Below, in pieces: positions 1 through 12,950 of a stretch of DNA of 64,000 nucleotides. Origin of the DNA: Mobula hypostoma (Eukaryota). A program made the position numbers and the translations under genes. The notes beneath the pieces were generated by a model. That model saw only the letters and a list, made by a program, of their open reading frames with translations, was not told where the DNA came from and searched no databases. The DNA is taken from assembly GCF_963921235.1 (NCBI RefSeq), contig NC_086097.1:233680001-233744000 (forward strand). The letters run 5' to 3'. Numbering within the stretch: the stretch's first letter is position 1; each line of letters opens with the position of its first letter.

Positions 1-94
1 AGGAGAAGGAAAAAGGATCAGCCATGTTTGAATGGCAAAGCAGGCTCAATGGGCCAGATGGCCTAAATTTGCTCCTTTGTCTTATGGTCTATGG
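1..94 (+). mobile_element. CR1 LINE 3' UTR/tail fragment
   Basis: GATCAGCCATG...GAATGGC...GGCTCAATGGGCCAGATGGCCTA...CTTATGGTCTATGG matches the CR1 3' ends at ~4560-4680 and 60440-60570. Confidence 0.7.
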
Positions 95-2520
95 ATATAG
101 TGAAGACAGCCATCCCCATGGGTGTAACGGAGCCTGTGGGAGTGCATTTTGAACTTCTTGGCATCCCAAAAAGCTCCTGGCCAAGCCTTCGATCTACTTA
201 TCTATTACCGGCCGCCACATGTAGCTCCACGCAAGACTCTTCATTTTGACTGTACTGAGATGTTCTTCATGCAGGTTCTCTAACACTCTGGTATGCAGTT
301 TAGAGGGAACCATAACAAGGGATCCTCACACCAGCGTTCTTTGACATGCCGACAATTGGTCTTGTCTCACTGTGAACTGTGGAAACATAGGGTTACCATG
401 AGCTGGCCATCCTTGCATGGTGATGTCATGGACTTTTAACAATGTCAAGTCATTCCTTGTTTCACTTTGTATTTCTGAATTTGTTACCAGCAACTGGTCC
501 ACCAATGCTGTGTGAAACACTTCTGCTGGGTCACAGTGTGAAGACTTTTCGTCTTCAGTTGCTAACAGTGGAAGACACGACAAGGCATCAGCGTTGCTGT
601 GTTTTGGTACTCTTGAACTCTATGTCATAAGAATGGGCTCCTAGGAACAGTGCCTAATGTTACAACCGTGTAACAGTCGTCACTGGAATTCTCTCCCCGG
701 GATTGAAAATAGACTCAAGGGTCTGGTGACCTGTCACTAACGTAAACGTTTGTCCATAGAGGTAGTAGTGGAACTTCTTTATTCCCATACAAGACAAGGG
801 CCTCTTAGTCGATCAGTGCATAGTTGTGTTCTGCACTCGTCAGTGATACTGACACAAAAGCAATCGAACGTTCAGATTCGTCTTTCATAATGTGTGACAA
901 AATGTCCCCAATGCCAGAAGGGAATGCATCGTACACAGATTGACGGGCAGCGGTAGGTCATAATGGGTCAGCAGTTCATCTGATGTAATTACTCTCTTTG
1001 TTTCTTTGAATGGTCTTTCTCATCTTTCTGACCATTCTCACCTTGCTCCTGTCTTCACAGTGCATTCAATGGATGCAGCACTGTAGCAATGTTTGGGAGA
1101 AACCAGCGATAATTATTGACATGGCTCAAGTATGACCTGAGTTGTGAGACATTTTCTGGTTTGGGGGCCTGCACCACTGCTTCAGTCTTCTCTTGTGACT
1201 TATGTAAGCTATGCTTGTCAATGACATGTCTACTATATGAGACTACATTCTTGAAAAACTCACGTCTTTGCATGCAGACCATACTCTCTTAGCCTGGTAA
1301 GCACTTTACCAAGTCTCTAGAGGTGCTCTTCACCACTCTCGCCAGTCCTGATGATGTCATCAAGGTAACGTTGTGTTCCTGGGATATCTTGGAGCACTTG
1401 GTCCATTGTTCTTTGCCAAATTGCTGGAGCTGATGCAACACCAAAGACGAGACAGTCCCTTGGTGAGTGTTGATTGTGAGGGACTTTTTGCATGACTCTT
1501 CAATCTCCATTTGCAGATAGGTTAGTGACAAGCCAATCTTTGAAAACCTCTCCTCGCTTGCCAAGGACGCAAAAACGTCTTCTATTCGTGGCAGAGGGTA
1601 CTGCACATGATGCTCTCTTTGAAATCCCAACATATGCAAACAGCTCCGGCCTTCTCTTTCTTAATCTTTGGGATGATGGGCATGGCCCAATCGCTGCTCC
1701 GAACCTTGGAGAAAATTCCAGGTGCCTCCAAGCTCTGAAGTTCAGCATCCACTTTAGGATGCAATGCATAAGGGACTGGATGTGCTTTATGGAATCTTGG
1801 CGTTGCTGCTTCATTCAGTTCAATTCTGGCTTTCATGCCTATGAGTTTACCAACTCTCTTCCCAAACACTTTCTTGTTAGCATTAAGCAGCTGTGCCAGT
1901 TTCTGGTTTGTGCTACCATTTGGGCTGCAGTTGCCTGCTGATGCTGCATTGAAAGCTTTGATTGTGTGCCAGTCTAGTTAAATTTTTCTTAATCATTCAT
2001 GTCTGGAAAGTGCTGGCCCTTCACTTTTCAACACATAAAGCTCTAGCTGCTGTGTTTGGCCTCCATATGTCACATCCCATTTCAGTTTGCCTTTGGGAGA
2101 CACTTTTCGGCCGTGTGAGGTTTTCTCTAATGATATCTCAGAAAACAATTTGCTGTAGTCAGCCTCTAGGATTACAGACAAAGCTAACCCTGTATGCAGC
2201 TCCATTTTCAGTTTTACACTAGGCACATCTATTGTGATCCAAGCAATTTTATGATCTGCTTCTGTTATATTTTGCAATTCTCGGCATGACAGCTAATTTT
2301 TGTCAGACCCTGTGCCGTCAGTTTCACATTCAGTCACTTTATGCATATGCTTAGTGTTGTGTTTGAGACTTTTCATTCCTTTTGCTTTTTGACTGCTTTT
2401 TGTCATTCTCTCTATGTGACCTTATTTGTGACACTTTCTGCACACTTTTTCTTTGAACCAACAGTCAATTGCATCATGGGAGGATTTGCTGCATCGATAA
2501 AATGTTTGGCTTTTTGTAGA
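95..2520 (-). mobile_element. Decayed Ty3/Gypsy gag-pol (Zn knuckle, protease, RT, RNase H, start of integrase)
   Basis: Minus-strand fragments in Gypsy order: YRCSKSSHDAIDC..CRKCHK*GH (~2410-2500), KMELHTG(DTG-like)LALSVI, YPLPRIEDVFASL..FSKI..LTINTHQG, PKPENVSQLRSYL..VNNY, ETRNDLTLLKV..GWP. Many stops and frameshifts; no LTRs recognised. Confidence 0.85.
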
Positions 2521-2899
2521 ATTCATACTCCAAATGGAAACTTATTGCCTGCTCACTTTACTTACAAATATCTGTCTGTAGCACCCCCAAACTTGCCTTC
2601 CAGCCTATTTTTTTTTATTTTTCCACAGAATTTACTACTTTACAATTGCTTCTTTCGTCCAGGTCATTAGCATATTCTGACCCTTGCTTCAGTGAACAAG
2701 CTAACAAATCATTGTTGCCCTGCGCCCAGCATCGGAATCTATACAAAAGCCATCATGTTTGTACCATAGCTCAGTAACTGCTTACATAGAAGCACTGTTA
2801 CAAACACATCTGGCTGAAATTTCGTAGTTTCTTCTGGTGAAGTGGTTAGAGTCACAACGATGGAAGTATCATCGGTTGCAGTCTGTCATCCCTACAGGA

Positions 2900-3340
2900 C
2901 TTGTATATGCCCAGAGCAAACAAAACACTGCAAACAGTACCCACTTTAAAAACTGCTTTTCTCAAAAGCTCCCTCCTGGAGAATGCTATAGGTGTATTAA
3001 AACAAAAACTTCACGCTATCTTAAAAGTTTCTTCACCCAGGCAGTTAATCTGATCAACCATTCCAGTTCAATCCTCCACCCTCCTCTATCTATTACCTCA
3101 GTCACTGCACTGCAAACACTTTAAACTAATTGTTATAATAGTGTTTACAGTGTAAATACATGCTGGTATTTATGTATTTATGCACATTTTATTCCATATC
3201 CGTACTTCTGATATTATTTTTGTATAATTTCTTTACTCTTTATAGTTGTCGAATGTCTTTTTTGTTGCATGTCGTGCCAACATCCCACAGCAAATTCATA
3301 ATGCATGTAAATGTATAGAGCCAATACATCTTTGATTATT
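2900..3340 (+). mobile_element. Rex1/Babar-like LINE 3' end
   Basis: C-terminal peptide KLPPGECYRCIKTKTSRYLKSFFTQAVNLIN (LPSGRRYR..T.R...SFFP.A type) plus an AT-rich 3' UTR also present at ~51650-51800. Confidence 0.65.
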
Positions 3341-3369
3341 AAGGACATGGTTTCAGGGTACTTGGAGGC

Positions 3370-4680
3370 ACATGATAAAATATGCCAAAGTCAGCATTTT
3401 TCCATAATGGAAAATCTTGCCTGACAAATCTGGTAGAATTCTTTGAGGGAATATCAAGCGGGATAGACAAATCAATGTACGGTATGCTTGCTTGGACTTT
3501 CAAAATGCCTTTGACAAGATGCTGCACATGAGGCTGCTTAACGAGATAAAAGCCCATGATATTACAGGAAAGAAACCAGCATGGAAAAAGTACCGGCTGA
3601 TTGGCAGGAGGCAAAGAGTGGGAATAAAGGAAGCCTTTTCTGATCGGCTACTGGTGACTAGTGGTGTTCCACAGGGGTCGGTGTTGGACCACTTCTTTAT
3701 ACGTTATCTGTCAACGAATTGGATGATGGGATTGATGACTTTGTAGCCAAGTATGCAGATGATATGAAAATAGGTGGAGGGGCAGGTAGTGTTGAGGAAG
3801 CAGGAGGTTGCAGAAGCACTTGGACAGATTGGGAGAATGGGAAATGAAGTGGGAAATGGAATACAATGTATAGTCATGCACTTTGGTGGAAGGAATAAAA
3901 GCATGGAGTATTTTCTAAACGAGGAGAAATTTTAAAATTCTGAGGTGCAAAGGGATTTGTGAGGGCCTTGTGCAGGATTCCCTAATGATCAATTTGTAAG
4001 TTGAGTCTGTGGTGAGGAATGCAAATGCAATGGTAGCATCCATTTCGAGAGGACTAGAATATAAAAGCAAGGATGTAATGTTAAGGCTTTAGAACACACT
4101 GGTGAGGCCTTACTTGGAGGATTGTGAGCAGTTTTAGGTCTCTTATTTAAGAAATTATGTGCTGACATTGGAGAGGGTTCAGAGGAGGTTCATGAGAATG
4201 ATTCTGGGAATGAAAGACTTATCATATGAGGAGGGATTGAAGGCTCTGGGCTTTTACTCACTGGAATTTAGAAGAATGAGAGGGATCTCATTGAAAGCAA
4301 TTGAATGTTAAAAGTCTTGGATTGAATAGATGTAGAGAGAATGTTTCCTCTGGTGGGGCATTCTAGGACCAGAGGTCAGAGCTTCAGAATAGAGAGGCAT
4401 ACATTTAGAACTGAGGTGAGGAGGAATTTCTTTAGCCGGAGATTGGTGTATCTGTGGAATTCGTTGGCACAGGTGGTTGTGGAAGATAGGTCATTGGGTG
4501 CATTTAAGGTGGAGATTGAAAAGTTCTTGATTAACTAGGGCACGAAAGTTTACGGGGAGAAGGCAGGAGAATGGGATTGAGAGAGAAAAGGAACAGCCAT
4601 GATGAAATGGCAGAGCAGACCCAATGGGACAAAAGGACTAATTGTGCTCCTGTGTCTAATGGTATTGGGGTCTTATGATC
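3370..4680 (+). pseudogene. CR1 LINE ORF2 RT region, degenerate, with 3' UTR
   Basis: [52 protein letters not shown]; stops and frameshifts; CR1 tail. Confidence 0.9.
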
Positions 4681-5050
4681 ATTCTACATATTAAGGTGAA
4701 TTACGGCACTGTCAGTATCTCCAGTTGAACTCTACCTGCACTTTGACACCAACTTTGTTTTTACTCAATTAATATCACTGTGTGCACAGCACTGGGTCTG
4801 CGATTGGATCCCTGCTCCAGCGTCCGAACAATCACTTGAGAGGGCATCCTTCCACTTTTGGCAATCTCCCTCATATCCCTTGAAATTTTAGGTAAATGTA
4901 GGTGATGAAGGTCATTGAATTATCTTCTTATTAAGCTCCAGCTTGATCTACAGGATGGGTTGTTTATGTGGGATCAGGAGAGAAATGAGCCTTGTCGATT
5001 GATGGTAGGATGAGGGGATGGTATGTGCGTGTATGTACAGTATATACATT

Positions 5051-6073
5051 CCATAGAAACCATAGAAACTACAGTACAGAAACAGGCCTTTTGGCCCTTC
5101 TTGGCTGTGCCGAACCATTTTCTGCCTAGTCCCACTGACCTGCACACGGACCATATCCCTCCATACACCTCCTATCCATGTATCTGTCCAATTTATTCTT
5201 AAATGTTAAAAAAGAACCCGCATTTACCACCTCGTCTGGCAGCTCATTCCATACTCCCACCGCTCTCTGTGTGAAGAAGCCCCCACTAATGTTCCCTTTA
5301 AACTTTTCCCCCCTCACCCTTAACCCATGTCCTCTGTTTTTTTTCTCCCCTTGCCTCAGTGGAAAAAGCCTGCTTGCATTCACTCTGTCTATACCCATCA
5401 TAATTTTATATACCTCTATCATATCTCCCCTCATTCTTCTACGCTCCAGGGAATAAAGTCCTAACCTATTCAACCTTTCTCTGTAACTGAGTTTCTCAAG
5501 TCCCGGCAACATCCTTGTAAACCTTCTCTGCACTCTTTCAACCTTATTTATATCCTTCCTGTAATTTGGTGACCAAAACTGAACACAATACTCCAGATTC
5601 GGCTTCACCAATGCCTTATACAACCTCATCATAACATTCCAGCTCTTATACTTAATACTTTGATTAATAAAGGCCAATGTACCAAAAGCTCTCTTTATTA
5701 CCCTATCTACCTGTGACGCCACTTTTAGGGAACTTTGTATCTGTATTCCCAGATCCCTCTGTTCTACTGCACTCCTCAGTGCCTTACCATTAACCCTGTA
5801 TGTTCTCCGTTGGTTTGTCCTTCCAACATGCAATACCTCACACTTGTCAGTATTAAACTCCATCTGCCATTTTTTAGCCCATTTTTCCAGCTGGTCCAAG
5901 TCCCTCTGCAGGCTCTGAAAACCTTCCTCACTGTCTACTACACCTCCAATCTTTGTATCATCAGCAAACTTGCTGATCCAATTTACCACATTATCATCCA
6001 GATCATTGATATAGATGACAAATAACAATGGACCCAGCACTGATCACTGTGGCACACCACTAGTCACAGGCCT
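5051..6073 (-). mobile_element. 5'-truncated CR1 LINE with open RT C-terminal ORF (5126-6040)
   Basis: [38 protein letters not shown]; (CATAGAAAC)n tail at 5052-5070; near-identical to 26305-27620. Confidence 0.95.
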
Positions 6074-6928
6074 AATGATTGACTCCTGTACAGCAAACTG
6101 TTTGCAGCAGGAATTAGTTATAGCTGGTCTCATGGGAAACCCTAAAATCCTCATCGTAATCCTTACTCGTGATGAAAAACGCTGCACTCTTCTGCAATTT
6201 GGCATATATCTGGACATTTAATTTAGCACTTGCCTGGCATTTAGCTTTATTATTTAGGTTTTTTTTTTGGGATCTGGGAGTCACTGGCAGTGCAAAGAAT
6301 TTGATTTGAGATCTATCTTGAGAGGATATGGTGCTGTTTGGGAAGCTAGTCCAGAATTTTGATCCAGTAAGCATGGTGGGGTAGGTTAGGAAGGGAAGGA
6401 TATGGTTTAAGTCAGGATGGTGTGCAACCTGAGGAAAGTCTAAAGTCCTTTTCTCACTATTCAGCTTCCTTTTCATCAACTTCCTCTCTATCATTTTCCT
6501 TCATCTCTGTCACCTTTCCTCCTCTCTCCCAATTTTATCTGTACCCATTTGTTTGTTTCGTCTGCTGTTAAATGGATCTCGTTTACAGAGTAAATGTTGT
6601 TATACGCCTGTTTACTGTCAGCCATTCATAACTTTCATTGTGCTCAGTGACGGCATTAGCTTTCCTGATCATGTGATTACAAACCGAAGGTTACAAATAA
6701 CAATATGGTGTATAAACATCACTTTTCCCTGAAAAGGGTTTTGCAGTAACTTCGACCATGGAATAAAATGGTGGATGACAATATTCAGAAAGTCCTTTGA
6801 GAGAATCATGTCCTTTCATTACTGCTGACTGTTCTAATTATGTATGGTAAAATTTGGAATGGGAAATTTGATGGAGAGAACTATAAACACTACATTGCCT
6901 TAGAATGTTTGTTTCTATGCCAGGACTG

Positions 6929-7761
6929 TGTGACGACAAACCAAGTTATCAGAAGATTGATGCTAATGAGAGGGAGATAAGGGAGACAATGGAGAAACAT
7001 TCAAAATGCTAATAAGAGAGAAGAGAGAGATTAACGAGACAGAAACACAATTCAGATATTGACAGACCATTTGCTTTGAACCTGAACAGTTTGAAGTTTG
7101 ATGGACAGGCAATACCCCAACAGGGGGATAAAAAGAACAGGTTCGCTAAGGCACGACACACACCATGAGATCACGAGATAATGAGACCCTGGAAGAGCGG
7201 TGTGCCCCATAAGTTGGTGGGAGTTTGGAGGTCTGATTCGAGGGAACCGACCATAGACTCACAGGGTGAAAAGGTACGATCGGCGGGAACCTGGTGTGTG
7301 TGTCCGCCCTTGCCTGGGTGCTGGATTCACCGCAGAAGAACAGTCGTATCCGGAATGGAGGGGTCACAGTCGGTGACCACAGTGGGATAGAAGACATAAA
7401 AGGGTCCGCCCGAAAGCCAACTGCGAAGAACATCAAAGGCCTGCTTGAATCAAAAATTTGCATTTCTCTCTCTCTCTCTCTCCAACGGCACAACAGCGAT
7501 TACTGCGAACTGCACTAAGCTGAACTGAACTCTGCGTCACTTAATACTGATCATTTTACCCCTAGACTGTGATAGAGCTTGGTTGATTCCTATTACCTTA
7601 GTTCTGTGTACATGTGTGTTTATTCATTGCTAACCTGTTGCATTTATATCCTTACAATTAGAGTACTGTGTTACTTATTTCTTTAATAAAACTTTATTAG
7701 TTTCCAGTAACTAGTGGTCCATTTCTGCTGGTTTGGCAACCCAGTTATGGGGTATGTAACA
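6929..7761 (+). mobile_element. Solo LTR (833 bp)
   Basis: TGTGAC...GTAACA termini flanked by a perfect ACTG TSD (6925-6928, 7762-7765); TATA-like GATAAAAA ~7127; AATAAA at 7685-7690. Confidence 0.85.
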
Positions 7762-7939
7762 ACTGATATGAAGACCTGGGCATGTTTTTCCATTGAAGTC
7801 CAGGTTTCCAGCACAGCTGTGGGCTTTATACCTTCCCCCTGAACAGCTGGCTGCCCTGTACCACTGCAGCAACACTACATGATATCCAGCACTACAGTGC
7901 AATCATCTGTAGGTTTCTCAGCTCTTGGGTGGGGTAGCG

Positions 7940-8031
7940 TACAGCACTGTGCATAAGTCTTCAGCACATATACATAGCTAGGGTGCCTAAGACTACAGTA
8001 CTGTACAAAAGTCTGAGGCACCCTAGCTGTA
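7940..8031. mobile_element. Tc1/mariner-derived MITE/TIR remnants
   Basis: TA-CAG(C/T)ACTGT(G/A)CA(T/A)AAGTCT termini and the inverted pair TAGCTAGGGTGCCTAAGACT / AGTCTGAGGCACCCTAGCT. Confidence 0.65.
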
Positions 8032-8380
8032 ATTTTATCTATTGCACAGTGCTGATGTCACAAAAATAAAACAAATCTCATGACATACGTGCACGATGAT
8101 ATGCTTGATTCTGATATGGGTCTCTATTCTGGATTGAAAGTGGGAAGGGGACAGGAAGAGGGGAATCATGGTAGAGAAAAGGTGAAAGGAAAGCGGAGAG
8201 AGACATTCTGTAATGATCAATAAACCAATTGTTTGGAATCAAATGATCTTGCCTGGTGTCTCAGGGCTGAATATGTCTGTACCTGCACCACCCCTGCCCC
8301 ACAGTGCTTCACTTCCACCATTCCCAGCATCCATTGCTCCTACCAGATTTACAATTTGCTCTCTGCCCCACGTTGACAAA

Positions 8381-8521
8381 TACAGTAGTTTGCAAATGTC
8401 TTAGGCCCCCTAGAATTTTTATATGGTTTCGGATGGTCCACAGAGCCCTGATCTTAACATCATTGAGGCTATCTGGGATTATGTGGAGAAACAGAAGCAA
8501 ATGAGACAGCCAAAATCTGCT
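8381..8521 (+). mobile_element. Tc1 TIR-like end fused to a transposase C-terminal fragment
   Basis: TACAGTAGTTTGCAAATGTCTTAGGC resembles the TIR; peptide PQSPDLNIIEAIWD is the Tc1 SPDLNPIE motif. Confidence 0.75.
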
Positions 8522-8555
8522 TGGAACAACCAATGCCAGAATAAAACAGCATGTA

Positions 8556-8657
8556 CAGTCCTGAAAAAGGGTCTTGGCCTGAAACGTCAACTGTTTATTC
8601 ATTTCCACAGATGCTGCTGGACCTGCTGAGATCCTCCAGCATTTTGTTTGTGTTGCA
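8556..8657 (+). mobile_element. PLE-derived short repeat with decayed minimal hammerhead
   Basis: CAGTC-CTGAAAA-AGGGTCTTGGCCT-GAAAC-GTC-AACTG followed by GATGCTGC..ACCTGCTGAG..CTCCAGCATTTTG, as in the PLE 3' ends. Confidence 0.7.
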
Positions 8658-9519
8658 TAAGACATCTGAGCTTGTTTCATACAATAGCAAAGTCACGTCA
8701 GTTCCGGTAGGGAAGCTTCATGTATTTAAAAGCTCAGCTCATTGTCGATGGTTTTCTCCTGGGTTAATGTAATAGTGAGGAAATTGACCTCTGTACTCCG
8801 TTGCTAATGCCTTTGTGCTCTTAGTCAAGTTGTTGATTGACAGGGCATTTGCTAGCCTCAGGAATTTAATTTTTGTTTGCTTTATTTTACATTTATCTAA
8901 ATTAATTATCATTCCATTTAGCAGTACAGTGCTGCACTTATACAGCTGCCAACAGCTATCACAGTAATTGACCCCAGCATGTCCTCCTTCATAATGTCTT
9001 ACGCTTTCAGGAACACTGGCATGTTGAATTTTGTATTTTATTTTACTTAATGTGCTTTTAAGGGAACATAGCTTGTGTAATTAATTTCATACCTGATTCA
9101 TGAACTTTCTGATTTCTGCTCCTTTTGGGGTAGAAATGTTAACAGAATTGAATGAGCAATGCAATAGCAACTTAATAAATGCTATTATTCCACTGAAGAA
9201 GTAGACATTGAAGCAGACTTTACCGAATTCAGAATCAGAATCGGGGTTATTATTACTGAGATATGTCATTACATTTTGTTGCTTTGTGCCAGCAGGGCAG
9301 TGAAAGACGTAAAAAAATACAATAAGTTACAATAACCATTCAGAATGCTGTTTACTTACTTTTGTTGTTCGCACAATTATTTTTCTCTTGGCACATTGGT
9401 CTTTTTTTAATGGATTCTTCTGAGGATTCTTTAATTTTATGGCTGCCTGTAAGGAGACAAATCTCAAGTTTGTATAATGTATACATACTTCGATAATAAA
9501 TGTACTTTGAATAATTAAT

Positions 9520-9648
9520 ATACCGCATTCAAAACAAATAACTTGTGTAAAAAGGGAGAAAAGTAATGAGGTAGTGCTTGTGGACTGTTCAGAAATCTGA
9601 TGACAGAGAGGAAGAAACTGTCCCAAAAACGTTGAGCGTGTGTCTTCA
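9520..9648 (-). mobile_element. Rex1/Babar-like LINE A, 3' part (continues at 15760-15783 and 16666-16930)
   Basis: AATGAGGTAGTG..TTCAGAAATCTGATG..GAAGAAACTG..GTGTGTCTTCA joins GGCTTCTGTACCTCC and GAGAAGGGGGCATG, as in the uninterrupted copy at 51420-51640. Confidence 0.65.
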
Positions 9649-10990
9649 AAGCTCAAAGTAAGTTTATTATCAAAGTACAGTATGTCACCATATACAACCC
9701 CGAGACTTATTTTCTTGCAGGCACTCAGAGTAAATACAAGAAACACAATAGAATCAGTGAAAGATGACACACAACTAGATGAACAAACAACCAATGTGCA
9801 AAAGACAACAAAAGAGATCATGTACTTTTAGTCTAATGTCTGGACTGGGAGAGAAAGGAATGCTCTCACACAATTGAAGACATGTAAACATCTGAAATTA
9901 CAATAGATATGCTAAAAGCAGTTATAAAAATACCTATAATCAGAAAAGTACTGGCAGTGGAAATATTCATAATTATTGGTATAAAAATTTACTTTCCTTC
10001 AATACCGATTAATACAGATCAACAATTTTCTTAAAACTGTTGAAAAAGTGCTTAAATTTTTGATAGGTAAAACATATCACTTACCTAAAGGAGAAATCAC
10101 AAATGTCCCATCAAAAAATTGTCCTATTGCTTGTTGACAAACTATTTACAAAATTGTAACGTCATACATCTCGCAACTAATCACCACTCACTTAGATAAC
10201 AACAATATATTCTACTGTACAGAAGTGCAGAAAAGATGTAAGAGTATGAAAGGATGTAAAGATCAACTGATAATAAATTATGTAAATCTGAATCAAATGC
10301 GGTGGAAAAGCAGAAATTTTTCACGTTGGTATATTGGCTACAAAAAAGCATTTGATTCTGTCTCATACTTATGGTTTATAGAGGTTCTTAATATATATAA
10401 ACTACACCCAATACTTGTGAAATTCCTGCCACATCTGATGAATCATTGGTGTACTATAATCTCCCTATCTATTAACAACCAAAAAAGAACAACTACCATT
10501 ATTAAAATAAACTGATGCATTTTCCAGAACACTCTATGGTTTTGACTAGCCTTAAACCTGCTCTCTAATTTACTTAATCAGATGAAAATAGAGTATCAAA
10601 TCAGAGACTATCAAATGAATTAAACTTTGACACACCTTCTGTGGATGAAATTATAAGGTCCTTCAAAGCTAAAACAATTAATTCAAATAGTAGAGCTATT
10701 TTCTAAAGATATAAACATGAACTTTGGACTAGATAAGAGCAGAACATTAAACATAAAGAAAGGTGCAATATAGTAAGTAAAATATAAAACAGAGCAGCAG
10801 GATACAATACAACCGATGGAAGAATATGAAACATATAAGTACCCGGCATATCAACAAGCAAAGAAAGTACAAACGTTTGTAGATTATGGTGGATAAATGG
10901 AAAACTTTCCACAAAACTTATTTCAAGGCTAATGAAATTCTGCCAAACAGAGCTCAATAGCAAAAAGGCAATAAACACCTCCGCCATACC

Positions 10991-11778
10991 ATAAGACCAT
11001 AAGCTATAGGAGCAGAAGTAGGCCATTCAGCCAGTCAACTCTGCTCCGCCATTCAATCATGGCTGATTCACTTCATCCAGTCATTCCCACTCCTCTGATT
11101 TCACCCCATACCCTTTGATGCTCTGGCTAATCAAGAACCTATCTATCTCTGCCTTAAATACACCCAATGACTTGACCTCTGCAGCCACTCGTGGCAACAA
11201 ATTCCACAGATTTACCACCCTCTGACTAAAGTAATTTCTCTGCATCTCAGTTCTAAAAGGACGTCCTTCAATCCTGAAGTTGTGCCCTCGTGTCCTAGAA
11301 TCCCCTACCATGGGAAATAACTTTACCATATCTAATCTGTTCAGGTTTTTTAACATTTGGAATGTTTCTATGAGATCCCCCCAACCCCTCGCCTTTCTCC
11401 TGAACTCCAGGGAATACAGTCCAAGAGCTGCCAGATGTTCCTCATATGGTAACCCTATCGTTCCTGGAATCATGCTTGTGAATCTTCTCTGAACCCTCTC
11501 CAACGGCAGTATATCCTGTCTAAAATAAGGAGCCCAAAACTGCACGCAATACTCCAGGTGTAGTCTCACTAGTGCCTTAAGAGCCTCAACATCACATCCC
11601 GGCTCTTATATTCTATACCTCTAGAAATGAATGCCAACACTGCATTCGCCTTCCTCACAACCAACTCAACCTGCAGGTTAACCTTTAGGGTATCTTGCAC
11701 AAGGACTCCCAAGTCTGCATTTTGAATTCTCTTCCAATCTAAATAATAGTCTGCCCATTTATTTCTATCACCAAAGTG
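10991..11778 (-). mobile_element. 5'-truncated CR1 inserted in the R4/Dong ORF
   Basis: HLEYCVQFWAP..SRTRGHNFRI ORFs; CATACC duplicated at 10985-10990 and 11779-11784; removing it restores TSAIPILMYS. Confidence 0.9.
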
Positions 11779-11964
11779 CATACCCATATTAATGTATTCT
11801 TTGGGCATAGTATCTTAATCCAAAACCAATTTGAACAATTTTAGAAAATACTATGTACACTCAAGCGCACTTAGATTAACACTAATTAGGACAGAAGGAG
11901 GAAGAGGAGTGACAGACATTAAAAAATTACAGAATGGTCTGATGAAACGTTTAAGGACATATAT

Positions 11965-12950
11965 AACAACTACATTATCATCTAGATCAATGATCTGGAT
12001 AAAATTGTGGTTAACTGGATCAGCAAATTTATGGATGACACCAAGATTGGGGTTGTAGTGGACAACAAGTAAGGCTATCATGGCTTGCGGAGGAATTCAG
12101 ATCAGCTGGAAAAATGGGCTGAGAAATGGCAGATGGAGTTTAATGAAGACACGTATGAGCTGTTGCACTTCAGTAGGACCAAACAGGGTAGATTGTACAT
12201 AGTAAGTGATAGGGCACTGAGAAGTGTGGTAGAACAAAAGGATCTGGGAATACAGGTCCAGAATTCAATGAAAGTGGCATCACAGGTAGATAGAGTTGTG
12301 AAGAAAGCTTTTGTCACATTGATTTCATTAATTAAAGTACTGAGTACAGGAGCTAGGATATTACATTGAAGTTGTATAAGACAATGGTGAGGCCTAATTT
12401 GGAGTATTGTTCACAGTTTTGGCACCTACCCACAGGGAAGATATAAGTAAGGTTGAAAGAATACAGAGAAAATTTACAAGGATGTTGCTGAGTCTGGAAG
12501 ACCTGAGTTATAAGGAAAGATCGAATAGGTTAGGACTTTATTCCTCAGAATTTATAAGATTGAGGGGAGATTTGATAGAAGTATAAAAAAATTATGAGGG
12601 GTATAGACAGGGTAAGTGCAAGCAGGTTTCTTCCACTGAGGTTAGGTGGGACTACAACCAGAGGTCATGGGTTAAGTGTGAAAGGTGAATGTCTTAAGGG
12701 GAACATGAGGGAAAACTTCTTCACTCAGAGGGTTGTGAGAGTGTGGAAGGAGTTACCATCACAAGCGGTGCATGCAAGCTCAATTTTAATGTTTAAGTGA
12801 AGTGTGATAGGTCCCTGGATAGTAAGGGTTTGGAAGACTATTGTCCTGATGGAGCTTGATGGGAGTAGGCAGTTTAAATAGTTTTGGCATGGACGAGATG
12901 AACCAAAGGGCCTTTCTCTGTGCTGTGATTTTCTATGATCCTATGATTCT
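11965..12950 (+). mobile_element. 5'-truncated CR1 inserted in the R4/Dong ORF
   Basis: WAEKWQMEFN, TRGHGL..FFTQRVV; (CTATGAT)n tail; the host frame RTY..LHHRKQ resumes after it. Confidence 0.9.
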
